From assembly GCF_963921235.1 (NCBI RefSeq), contig NC_086108.1, positions 5,890,001 to 5,954,000 on the forward strand: a stretch of DNA of 64,000 nucleotides, in the 5' to 3' direction. Shown here piece by piece: positions 52,901 to 64,000 of this stretch; position 1 is the first letter of the stretch; the number at the start of each line of letters is the position of its first letter. The notes under the pieces were generated by a model. It saw nothing but the letters and a program-made list of their open reading frames with translations. It had not been told where the DNA came from and ran no database searches. This DNA is from Mobula hypostoma (Eukaryota). The position numbers were made by a program, and so were the translations under genes.

Positions 52901-54651
52901 AGAAGATGTTGTCTATAGTGGGGGAGACTAGGACCAGAGGGCACAGCCTCAGAATAGAAGGACGTCCCTTTAGTACAGAGATGGGGAGGAGTTTCTTTAG
53001 CCAGAGGGTGCTGAATCTGTAGGATTCATTGCCGCAGAAGGCTGTGGAGGTGTTGGGTATATTTAAAGCAGAGGTTGAAAGCTTCTTGATTAGTGGTGGT
53101 GATTGTCCATCATGTTTGACAATGACGCAAACCTGTGACCTGTGCGGGGGAATTTTTAAAGTGGAAAAGCCATTATGCTGAGGCAGTTTCACTCTCTCGA
53201 CCTCAGCAGTCAGGGTCCAGAGGTGTGAACAAGCATCACAAACTGGGGTCTTCCTTGGTTGCAGTGGATGACCATGACGTCGTCTGTGCCTCATCACGCT
53301 CTTCAGTCTTCAGGGAGCGTTGCAGATCACTGTAGATCTCATCCACCCAGTCCACTGGTGCTGACTGCATGCTGGGACAGGCACGCCCTAACTCACCAGG
53401 GTATGAGGCCTGCTGGCTACCCTCGCTTGGTTTAGCCCACATGTCAAAGTGGTTTACCAGGGAATGACCGCTGTCACATGCAAACAGCTGCTTGGAGCCA
53501 CAGGTGGGAGGCGACTGTCCGATGGCGACCAGAGGTGATGGACTGCCCTCCCTGGACACGACAAGCCCTTTTACCAGAGGCGCTACCCTTCCTGGACACC
53601 CAAATTGATTGATCAGTAAGGTCATCAAAAGTTACAGGGGGAAGGCAGGAGAATGTGGTTGAGAGAGATAATAAGTCAGCCATGACAGCTGTGCATTCCC
53701 CCCGTGACTGCGAGGGCTTTCTCCTGGTGCTCCAGTTTCCTTCCACAGTCCAAAAACGTACTGATCGATAGGTTAATTGGTCATTGTGAATTGTCCCGAG
53801 ATAAGGCCAGGGTTAAATCGGGGGCTACAGGGCAACGCTGCTCAAAAGGCCGGAAGGGGCCACTCCTCAATGTATCTCAACAAATACATCATGGCAAAGC
53901 AGACTCGATGGGCTGAATGGCCTGATTCTGCTCCTATCTCTTATGGCCTTATCTACAATGACAGCTTAGCAGAGACAGGTAGTTCAGAGGCACTATTGAG
54001 AGCAAGACTGGGAAATGTTGTTCAATTTAGAAAGAAAGGCTGCACAATGTAATTAATGATTATGAAAGCTAGTTTAATTAAAATGCTGTCAGAAACAGAA
54101 ATATCCTCAGTAATGTTTACTGTACATCTGGTGGAAGGCTGGGGAAGTTATATACAGGACAGGTGTGAACGATCAAGGTAATCTGTCTGCATCTCCACTT
54201 CAGAGCTTTGACAGGCTGAGCCCTGAGACATACCACCACCTCTGGCCATGATCAAGTTCTGTCCAAATAAATCTTTCTGGTGCAATAATTCACGTTGGAG
54301 ATTTGCCCACTCTTGACCTGCAACAACTGCAGCTGCAGGGCTTTTGCATTCCCAGTAATTTGCCTGAGACTATATGGCAAGGCTTCTGTGATCAGACCCA
54401 GAAGAGTGTGTATCAATCAAGTTTTGAAATACTTCTGAACCGTGTCTGCCTTTCACTTCTTTATCTCCTTTTCTGTCTTTCTTTCCTCACTGTGTCTTTA
54501 CCTTCAAAGGAAACTCTCCTCCTTATTAAACACTTAATTAATATTTCTTTTGGGAAAATAACCTCCACTCCATCCACAAAAAGCAAAACTTCTTGGTGGC
54601 CAACTGTTTCAATTCCCATTCCCATTCTGACATGTCAGCCTGTGGCCTCCT

Positions 54652-56061
54652 TGTCATGGTCCGGATCGGGGTCCCTTTAAATTTACCTTGTTTATGTTAC
54701 GATCCGGACCGTTGATTCCCTGTCTTCCCATGTCCCTCGACTTTGGTGATTAGAGGCAATTAACGCTCGGCTGAACCGGTAGTTTATAGTCTCCGGCTTT
54801 TAGCCGTTCGGCGCGGGAGTGTCTGCAAAGTCATCTAAGGTATGGTGTGCCGATGTTATCTGGCCGGAGCAAGCCTAGTCTCTGCCAAAGCGAGTGCCGG
54901 TAATTCGCCTTTTCCTCACCGGAGCAACCCTGTCCAGTTACCTCGCCGAAGCGAGCCTGCAAAGTTTCCTCACCGAGGTGAGTCCGTCAGTTAACCCGCC
55001 AGAGGGAATCAAGAACTGCTGTCTACTGTTCCCAGGCCGAGTCGCGAGCTCGCCACTACCCAGAGGCTCCAAGTCAAGTCCTGGTCTGGCGGCTTCTCAG
55101 TTCCGAGTCAAGTCCTGGCCTGGCGGTCTGTGATTCCTGTCCTACCTCCTTGCCTGAATCCCTTCTCTGCCCCTCTCGCCTCTAGCCCTTGTCTGCAGCC
55201 CCGCCTGTACTTCAGTCTAGTTCTATCACCGGAGCTAGATAGGCACTGTCTGGTGTTCATTCGTGTTGGTCTTGTCTTGTCTTGTCCTCGCCTCCATGAG
55301 GTAAGTCTGGCTGTCTTGCCATTGCTCCACAGGGAGTCATGTCTTGTCTTGTCTGGTCCTCGCCTCCGTGGGGGTAAGTCTGGCCGTCTTGCCGTTGCTC
55401 CGCGGGGGGTCATGTCTTGTCTTGTCCGGTCCTTGCCTGCATGGGGGTAAGTCTGGCCATCTTGCCGTTACCCCGCTGGGAGTCATGTCTTGTCTTGTCT
55501 TGTCCTTGCCTCCATGGGGTAGGTCTGGCCGTCTTGCCGTTGCCCCATGGGGGGTCATGTCTTGTCGTGTCTTGTCCTCGCCTCCGTGGGGTAAGTCAGG
55601 CCATCTTGCCGTTGCCCCGCGGAGGTTCATGAGTCCTGGCCCTATGTCCTGTACCCAAGGAGGGGTCCCAACTCTGTGTTCCGTGTATGTGTCCATGGTT
55701 CCATGTACCTGCTCTCCCGAGACCGAGGCTCTGTGTTCCCATGTTCCTCCTCTCCCTAGCCCATGTCATGTCCTTGCCTGGTTCTGGGGTCCGAGCCCGA
55801 GGCAAGACCCAGGTACTGGGTCCTTGCCCAGTCTCTGGCTCGGAGTCCATACCCTAGCCTCTTCATTTCACCTGTAGTTCTGGGAGCCGATTCCGAGTCC
55901 AAGCCCAGACCTAGTCGTAGTCCTCAGTCCCTGTCCAGTTCGCTATTCCTACTCTTGCCTTGCTCTCCTGGTATCGAACAATAAACTAAATTTAATTAAT
56001 CTCACAAGATGTGTCTTGCATTTGGGTCCACCCTTGCTCCCAATGCCCTGCTATTGTGACA
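54652..56061 (+). mobile_element. 1.4-kb solo LTR inserted in a PLE remnant
   Basis: TGTCA..TGACA ends, 5-bp TSD CTCCT (54647-54651 / 56062-56066), AATAAA at ~55980; PLE sequence resumes across the insertion. Confidence 0.9.
55265..55625. repeat. ~72-bp minisatellite, 5 units, inside the LTR
   Basis: (GTCTT)n-CCTCGCCTCC..GGTAAGTCTGGCC.TCTTGCCGTTGC.. repeated. Confidence 0.85.
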
Positions 56062-56730
56062 CTCCTCCTGTGTCACAAGGAGGACACCCTCAGGGTGGAG
56101 GAGCAGCACCTCAAATTCCATCTGGGTGGCCTCCAACTCGTTGGCATGAACATCAATTTCTCCAACTTCTGGTAATTTTTCCCTTCCCTTTCCCTCTTTT
56201 TCTATTCCCCAAAACTGGCCTCTTACCTCTTCACTTCTCCCTGGGTCCCCTCCTCCTTCCCTTTCTCCCATGGTCCACTCTCCTCTCCTATCAGATTCTT
56301 TCTTCTCCAGCCCTTTGCCTGTTCCACCTAAAACTTCCCAGCTGTTTACTTCAAACCCTCTCCCACACTCACCTGCTTCACTTAACACCTCATAGCTCGA
56401 GTTCCCAACCTTTTTAATGCCATGGAGCCTTACCATTAACCAAGAGGTCCATGGACTTCAGGTTTGGAACCCCTAATCTAGCCTTTCCTCTTTCTACCCC
56501 ACCCCCACCTTTTTATTCTGGCATCTGGTCATCTTCCCCTCTTCCTTCTCAGTCCTGCTGAAGGGTCTCAGCCCAAAACGTTATCTGTTTGTTCATTTCC
56601 ACAGACACTGCCTGGCCTGCTGAGTTCCTCCAGCAATTTCTGTGTGTTGCATCAGTTACAAATGCAGGAAGCCTTGACCAAAGTTATCTCCAGCAGGAAA
56701 TTCCTCAAGCATTCCAGTGGTATAAGCTTA

Positions 56731-58185
56731 GGCTATGTCCACACTAGACCGGATAAATCCGTAACCGAAGCTTTTTCTCTTCGTTTTGACCCTCCGTCCA
56801 CACTGAAACGGCGTTTTCCTCCCCCGAAAATGGAGCTTTTCTAAAACGCTCTCCAGGGTGTGTAAATCTGAAAACACCGATTGTGCAGAGCAGTGTGGAA
56901 AGGGTTACCAGAGATTTTGAAAAACGCTGTCATGACGTGCCGGAACAGATGGCAGCAGCACGGCATTTCATTGTTTTCTTGAACACAACCCCCCACACAA
57001 CCTAACAATTTCAGAACAGACGGCAACAAGACAAGTGTGGAAATATATGAAAACCAAGCTTCTTCAAGTCTAGAGGTAAATAGATAGTCTTACGATGTTG
57101 AGTAAAGTTCAGTTCAGTTCATGGTATTGAGTTGAGTAGTGATGGAGAGAGAGAGAGGGAGAGACTTGAGTCTTCAGGTGAGCTGACGCCGTTGATCTTC
57201 CTGTTGTCCTCTGAACCGAAATCCTTTAGAAGTCACCAAACCACAACAAAGGGGACCGTTCTTCTGTAGTGGAATTAGCAACCCAGGCGAGGGTCGGACA
57301 CACGAATAACGCCCCACTGGTCACACCCTTTTCACACTGCGAGAGCCACTGATCAATCCGCCTGATCGATCCTCCAAATCCCACCTTTTCGGTGGGCACA
57401 ACAAAGCTCATTCAGTGTCCAAAACCATGTGTCTGTAGGTCTAACAGCTGACCTTCTATTTATCTCACCGTTCTGAATACCAACTGTCCATCAAGCAGCT
57501 CCTCCCTTCTCTCTCTGTAAGAACACGGAAGCTGACAGTGTCCTTGCAAAGTTTAAACATGCTGCAGAGAGACCATAACACCATCTCCAAGCAGTCTTCG
57601 CCTCTCTCTCTCTCTTAATAACAAGGTGTCTGTGTTAAATAACTCTCTCTCTCTCTTTTCAAAAGCACAGTTCATAGCAATACTTCAGGGTCCCGTCACA
57701 TGTGTAACAGCCTAATGTAACATTGTATGGAAATACAAGATAACACTGATGCAGACATATTTTATACATTTAACAAGGTGCTTTATTAATGCGACAGTTA
57801 GTCAGCTTTTCTATGTTCGTTGTCAGCTGGGTCATACTGTCCGTGAATTCCCTGTTGGTTGCCTCCATACGCTCTAGTATTTGTTTTGTTTTAGTTTTAA
57901 GTCCTCCTGTGCGAGAGTCAACAGCTGTCCCTCGTTTGGCAATTTCCTTTTAAGTTTTTCTGGTCTGTAACTGCACAAACCTGCACTTTCACGACGAGAT
58001 TCGACACCAAACATGTTGCTTGTTTTCTGTAGATGTGTCCTACACATGCCCAGTAGGAGGAGATTCGCCCAAATACCCGTTTTAATGTGGACGGAGGTAT
58101 TTTCAAAAACGCTTGGTGTGGACGCCTATCGTTTTTATGTGAAACCAGCGTTTTCAAAATTATCCGGTCTAGTGTGGACGTCGCC
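56731..58185. mobile_element. PIF/Harbinger non-autonomous element with an LTR-like fragment inside (~57035-57700)
   Basis: TIRs GGCTATGTCCACACTAGACCGGATAA / TTATCCGGTCTAGTGTGGACGTCGCC; TTA TSD on both sides. Confidence 0.85.
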
Positions 58186-59005
58186 TTAGACACAAGACAT
58201 GGTAGCAGTATTAGGGCTGTAAACAAGGTACAGGTGATAACAATAAACTAATAATTAGCCTAAGAGGCAAGTCAGCCTTGTCACCTCTGCCTCCCTCTGG
58301 TGGTCAGTTCAAGATGTGACAGCTCAAACTGTACTTGTTAATTGTGCCATGAGAAGTGCAGAGAAACATCTGGAGTAACTTCTGAAATGCCCGCTTCGCT
58401 GCCGCTGCTACTGTGCGATGGAGAATCTCCGGAGATGAAGGCCCCAAATCCTTGGCTTTGCGTATCGCCTGTTGCCGGGGCCGGGGTCGAAGCGCTCGGC
58501 AGAGATGGTGCTTGGTGCTCGGTGTTGAAGAGGTGATCGGAGGCTCGGAGTTTTTCAGACGGACTCGGAGTCGGACTGTGGTCGGATGCTTCCGGGATGC
58601 TGCATCGGCAAGTTGGCGGCGCTGGAGGTTCACCGTTTGTGTGAGATGATGGGACTTTCGAGCGACTTTGAGACTTTACTGTGCCATGGTCTGTTCTTAT
58701 CAAATTACGGTATTGCTTTGCACTGTTGTAACTATATGTTATAATTATGTGGTTTTTGTTAGTTTTTAAGTCGGTTTGTCATGTGTTTTCGTGATATCAT
58801 TCTGGAAAAACATTGTATCATCTCTTAATGCATGAATTACTAAATGACAATAAAAGGGGACTGTGTGTCCTCATAATCAGCATCATAATAATCCAGAGTT
58901 GTTAAGTTCTTGTGCTTTCTGTTTAATCTTGCCAAGTTTATTGTGACTGGCATGGGTTTTCCACATACTGTGATTAACGTAGACTCTTGATTAGTGCTGA
59001 TTGCT

Positions 59006-59015
59006 GTGCGCGCGC

Positions 59016-59048
<33 letters not shown>
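59006..59048. repeat. (CG)n(TG)n microsatellite
   Basis: Directly visible. Confidence 0.9.
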
Positions 59049-59051
<3 letters not shown>

Positions 59052-59399
59052 AGAGAATGATTCATCTCGCAGTGTTGCTCAGTCAAGCCACTGAAGTTGG
59101 AGTTCTGATGAATAAACTCTTGCTTCTGCCTCAAAGTGGGAGCTTGGTCTACTTCTGCACCTGGGTTCAATTGTCTGTTGGCGCACACCGAGACACAGGT
59201 TGTGATGCAATCACTCAGAATGCTCTCCGCCATATATGTCTAGAAGTGGGTAAGACTCTTTGGAGACCTATCAAACCTCCTCAACCACCTAACGTAATAT
59301 AGCCGTCAGCATGCCTTCTTCACAGTAGCATCAATATGTTAGGCCCAGGAAAGATCCTTTGAGATGTTGGCACCCAGGAACTCGAAGCTGCTCCCAAAC

Positions 59400-59965
59400 A
59401 TGAAAAAAATCTGCAGATGCTGGAAATCCAGAGCAATGCACACAAAATGCTGGAGGAACTGAGCAGGTCAGGCAGCAACTGTGGAAATGAATAAACAGTT
59501 GACGTCACAGGCCGAGACCCTTCACCAGGACTGGAAATGGAGGGGGAAGGAGTCTGACTAAGAAGATGGGGGGTGGGGAGGAAGAAGTACAAGATTTCAG
59601 GTGATAGGTGAAACTGGAAGGGAGCAGGGGTGAAGTAAAGAGCTGAGAAGTTGATTGGTGAGAGAGGTAAACGGCTGAGAAGGGGGAATCTGATTGGAGA
59701 AGATTGAAGACCATGGAAGGAAGGGAAGGGGGAAGAGCACCAGAGGGAGATGATGGGCAGGCAAGAAGAGAAGGCATGCGAGGGAAACAGGAATGGGGAA
59801 TGGCGAAGGGGGGAGGGCAATTACCAAAAGTTTGAGAAAAGTTTGGGGGCTACCCTAATGGAATATAAGCTGTTGCTCCTCCAACCAGAGTGTGGCCTCA
59901 TCATGGCATTAGAGGAGGCCCTGGACCAACATGTCAGAATGAGAATGGGAAGTAGAATTGAAATG
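59400..59965 (-). mobile_element. PLE 3' fragment
   Basis: Homologous to 18.9-19.75 kb; decayed hammerhead at ~59496-59533. Confidence 0.75.
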
Positions 59966-60377
59966 TCCTGCTGAGTTCCTCCAGCATTTTGTGTGTGTTG
60001 AAACTGCTCACCCATTGCTTGCTGAACACTCACTGAGGACTGGTATGTGCTCTCCTGACCTTCCCTTTCCGAAGTCCACAATTGCTCTTTGGTCTTGCTC
60101 AAATGATTCAATGGTGCAATGATGCAGGGCCTATCAGCGGTGGCAGCTGAGCTCGATGAAAGAGTTCTTCTCGCAGGTAAGAGGTGGTTATTTAAAACGA
60201 GAGCTTCGCGGGCATTAGTCCACTGTGCAGGGCCTATCAGTGGCAGCAAATGTCGGGAGTAGGCCAGTGGCGAGAGTAGAAGTGACAGGCTTTTGCTCGT
60301 TTAGGCTTTGGCGAGGTAAGTGGGTAGGTGGACTTCAGTTTTGGTTTATCCTGCCATTTTTTTGAGGAATAGACAGC

Positions 60378-61142
60378 ATGTCGGTAGGGTTAGTGTTTTG
60401 CTCTGGGTGTTGGATGTGGGAATCCAGGGAATCTTCCAGTCTCCCAGATGGCCACATCTGCGCCGGGTGCACCGAGATGCAGCTCCTGAGAGACCGTGTC
60501 AGGGATCTGGAGCTGAAGCTCGATGGCCTACAGCTTATTAGGGAGAGTGAGCAGGAGATAGAGAGGAGCTACAGGGAGTTAGTCACCCCAAGGCTGCAGG
60601 AGTTAGATAAGTGGGTGACCGTCAGGGAAGCGAAGGGAAGGGTTCAGATAGTAGAGAGTACCCCTGTGGCCATCCCCCTCAGTAATCGTTCTTTTGTTTT
60701 GGATGCAGTTGAGGGGGGTGACCTGACAGAGGATAACCACGGTGATCGGGTCTCTGGCACTGAGCCTGGTTCTGTGGTGCAGAAGGGAAAGAGGAAGATG
60801 AGAAATACGGTAGTCATAGGGAATTCCATAGGTGGGGGAACAGACAGAAGGTACTATCAGCCTGATAGAGATACCCGCATGGTGTGTTGCCTCCCAGGTG
60901 CTAGGGTACGGGATGTTCAGATCGGGTGCAGAGTATTCTTAAGGGAGAGGGTGAACAGCCAGAAGTTTTGGTACACGTTGGTACCAACAACATAGGTAGA
61001 AAAAGGGAGGAGATCCCGAAGAGAGAATTCAGGGAGCTGGGTAGGAAGCTGAAAAGCAGGAACTCCAGGGTGGTAATCTTGGGAATGCTGCCTGTGCCAC
61101 GTGCTAACGAGCGCAAGAATAGCATGATCAGCTGTATTAATG
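60378..61142 (+). pseudogene. CR1 LINE ORF1 (Zn-finger/leucine zipper plus SGNH esterase), frameshifted and interrupted by hAT
   Basis: CSGC..HICAGC, heptad leucines, VVIGNS (GDS block), CLPGARV, LVHVGTNN. Confidence 0.85.
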
Positions 61143-64000
61143 CAGGAGTCCCTAACCTTTCTTGCACCGCGGACCGGCCAACCGGACGGGGGGTGGGTGG
61201 GGGGGGGTAGGGTTGCCAACGGACAAGAGTAGCAGTCAAATACAGGACATTTGTGTTTACCCCGAGAAAGACTACCATGACCATGAAGCCTTGCGTGGGT
61301 ACCTGTGTGCGCATGCGTGACGTGCCGATTTTTTTCTACAAATCGTTTTTGGCGATTCTATTCAGTGAAACTACACTGTACATACGCTATTTCTACTTTA
61401 TATAGGCTGTGTATTTATCATATCACTCCTGCTTTTACTATATGTTAGTGTTATTTTAGATTTTATGTGTTATTTGGTATGACTTGGTAGGTTAATTTTT
61501 GGGTCTGGGAACACTCAAAAATTTTTCCTATATAAATTAATGGTAATTGCTTCTTCGCTTTATGCCAGGGGTCCCCAACCTTTTTGCACTGCGGACTGGT
61601 TTAACATTGATGATATTCTTGTGGACCAGCCGACAGTGGGGGGAGGTAGGGTTGCCAACGGACAAGAGTAGCAGTCAAATACGTTGGGTTCACCCCAAGA
61701 AAGACTACAATGACCATGAGGCCTTGCGCGGGCACCAGTGTGCATGCATGTTGTACGTGCCAATTTTTCCTGCAAATTGTTTTTGGCGATTCTGTTTGGA
61801 GGCGGGTGGGGATGGTGTTGATCACGACCGGAATATAAGTGATAAGTGGCTAATACACTCAATTTCGTTTCTGAAAGGGTTTATCTTACGAATTTAATAT
61901 TAAACACACAGTGCATATTTTCCTCACATGAATATAGTGATAAGTCAATTATCAGGGGAGGACAGGGGAGCTTGAAGTAAGTGTTGATCGAATGACCAGT
62001 AGAAGTGGTAGAGGCAGGTTCGATATTATCATTTAAAGAAAACTTGGATGGGTATATGGACAGGAAAGGAATGGAGGGTTATGGGCTGAGTGCAGGTCGG
62101 TGGGACTAGGTGAGAGTAGCGTTCGGCACGGACTAGAAGGGCTGAGATGGCCTGTTACCGTGCTGTAATTGTTATATGGTTATATAAGTCAATAGCATCA
62201 TAACATTTTAAGTAACGTTTGGATGTTAAACACACAGCACATATTTTCCCCGTATGAACATATAAAATCATTGCAACACACCAATATCACTGAATCAGTG
62301 GGAGCCTTGGGTTTGTTTTCCTGCAACAAGACGGTCCTATCGAGGGGTGACGGGAGACAGCGATACTCGAAGGGGCTTCCTTATGTCCAGTCTATTCCGC
62401 AATTTAGTTTTCGTTGCATTCATTGCAGAGATATGTTGGAAATGGAAGCAACGTTTTCAGTGCTTTCGTGGCTATCTCAGGATATTTAGCCTTGACTTTG
62501 ATCCAGAATGCCGGCAGAGATGTTATATCAAACATACTTTTCAGCCCGCCGTCATTTGCAAGCTTGGGGAGCTGATCTTCTTCCCGTGCTGACATGGATG
62601 ACGCATGGGTAATGACATCGCATGCATTCAAGTTCAACAGTGGCCGTGACAGGGAATGAGGAAAGGTGCAGCTGACTCCTATCGCCAAATCATATCGTTT
62701 CCTCACAGCCCGGTAGCACATGCTTTGCTGCCCGATACCGGTCCACGGCCCTGTGGTTGGGGACCGCTGCTTTATGCCATTTCGGCCCGAACGGTTTCAT
62801 AGGAACGCTCTACCTTAGCGGGGGAAATACGGGACAAGGGCAGTCCTGTATGGGACAAAGCAATTTAGCCCAATATATGGGATGTTCCGGCTAATACAGG
62901 ACAGCTGGCAACCCGGGGGCGGGGGGGAGGTGTTAATCACAACCGGAATATAGGTGATAAGTCAACTATAAGTCACTTATAAGTGGACAATTCTGATTTG
63001 ATGGAGAATGGACGTGAAAGCACAGAGGAGCATCTGGAGAAATTTCTGAAGCACTCATTCGCTGCTGTCGTTATTGCGTTGTCTTGAATCTTTCGGAGGG
63101 TAGGCCTCAAAATCCCCGGCCTTGCCTGCTTTTGGCGACTGAGAAGGAGGTCGAATTGTTCGGACAGAGATGGCGCTCAGTACTCGGTGTCGGAGAGCTG
63201 ATCAGAGCTCGAAGTTTTTGGATGACTCAGAGTCGTTTTGCGGTCGGCATGGCAGGGAGAGTTTTTCTTCCTTCTCCCTTCTGCGTGAGATGTGGGACAT
63301 TTGAGAGACTTTGAACTTTACTGTGCTCATGGACTTCTTCATCAAGTTATGGTATTGTTGCACTGTTGTAACTATATGTTATAATTATGTTGTTTTGTTA
63401 GTTTTTTCAGTCTTGGTCTGTCCTGTGTTTTGTGATATCACACTGGAGGAAATATTGTATCATTTCTTAATGCATGCATTACTAAATGACAATAAAAGAG
63501 GACTACATGTCTTCATAATCTAATACACTCAATTCCATTTCTAAAAGGGTTTTTCTAACGAATTTAATATTAAACACAGTGCATATTTTCCTCACATGAA
63601 TATAGTGATAAGTCAATTACAAGTCACTTATAAGTCAATAGCATCATAACATTTTAAGTAACGTTTGGATATTATACACACAGCACATATTTTCCTCGTA
63701 TGAACATATAAAATCATGGTCACACACCAATATCGCTGAATCAGTGAGAGCCCTGGGCTTGTTTCCCTGCAACAAGACGGTCCTATCGAGGGGTGATGGG
63801 AGACAGCAATACTCAAAAGGGGTTCCTTATGTCCAGTCTATTCCACAGTTTAGTTTTCGTTGCATCCATTGCAGAAAACCCCGCTTTGCAGAGATATGTT
63901 GGAAATGGAAGCAACATTTTCAGTGCTTTCATGGCTATCTCAGGATATTTAGCCTTGACTTTGATCCAGAATGCCGGCAGAGATGTTATGTCAAACATAC
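61143..64000 (-). mobile_element. Outer hAT (Buster/Charlie-type) derivative with nested insertions; runs off the window
   Basis: TIR CAGGAGTCCCTAACC after TATTAATG; SLPAFWIKVKAKYPEIAMKALKMLLPFPTYLCKAGFS dimerisation domain at 63813-63998. Confidence 0.8.
61566..62769 (-). mobile_element. Inner complete non-autonomous hAT-Buster copy
   Basis: TIRs CAGGGGTCCCCAACC / GGTTGGGGACCGCTG; perfect 8-bp TSD CTTTATGC with central TA; transposase C-terminal remnant; CR1 3' piece at ~61990-62185. Confidence 0.92.

Noticed and set aside
55108..55877. Overlapping 100-177 aa ORFs
   Set aside because: Products of a GC-rich minisatellite inside an LTR

Overview
Eukaryotic, repeat-saturated DNA with no intact host gene. 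The repeat set (CR1 LINEs, V-domain/HE1-type SINEs, Penelope-like elements, Rex/Babar, RTE and L1 fragments, solo LTRs, hAT/Harbinger/Chapaev/Tc1 relics) looks like a cartilaginous fish (shark/ray) intron or intergenic region; the taxon is an inference. Nearly all listed ORFs are TE remnants or noise. Main observations: (1) about 15 Penelope-derived tails carry a minimal hammerhead-ribozyme motif, including protein-free mini-insertions with long TSDs and head-to-head hairpins; (2) a 29 x 95 bp satellite derives from a LINE 3' end, with a 2-unit copy in inverted orientation 14 kb away; (3) a self-nested hAT composite interrupts a CR1 ORF1; (4) a Chapaev3-like transposase relic; (5) a CpG-rich unique segment near 10.7 kb that may be a host exon. 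Family names come from recognised motifs, not database searches. Boundaries without TSD/TIR support are approximate.
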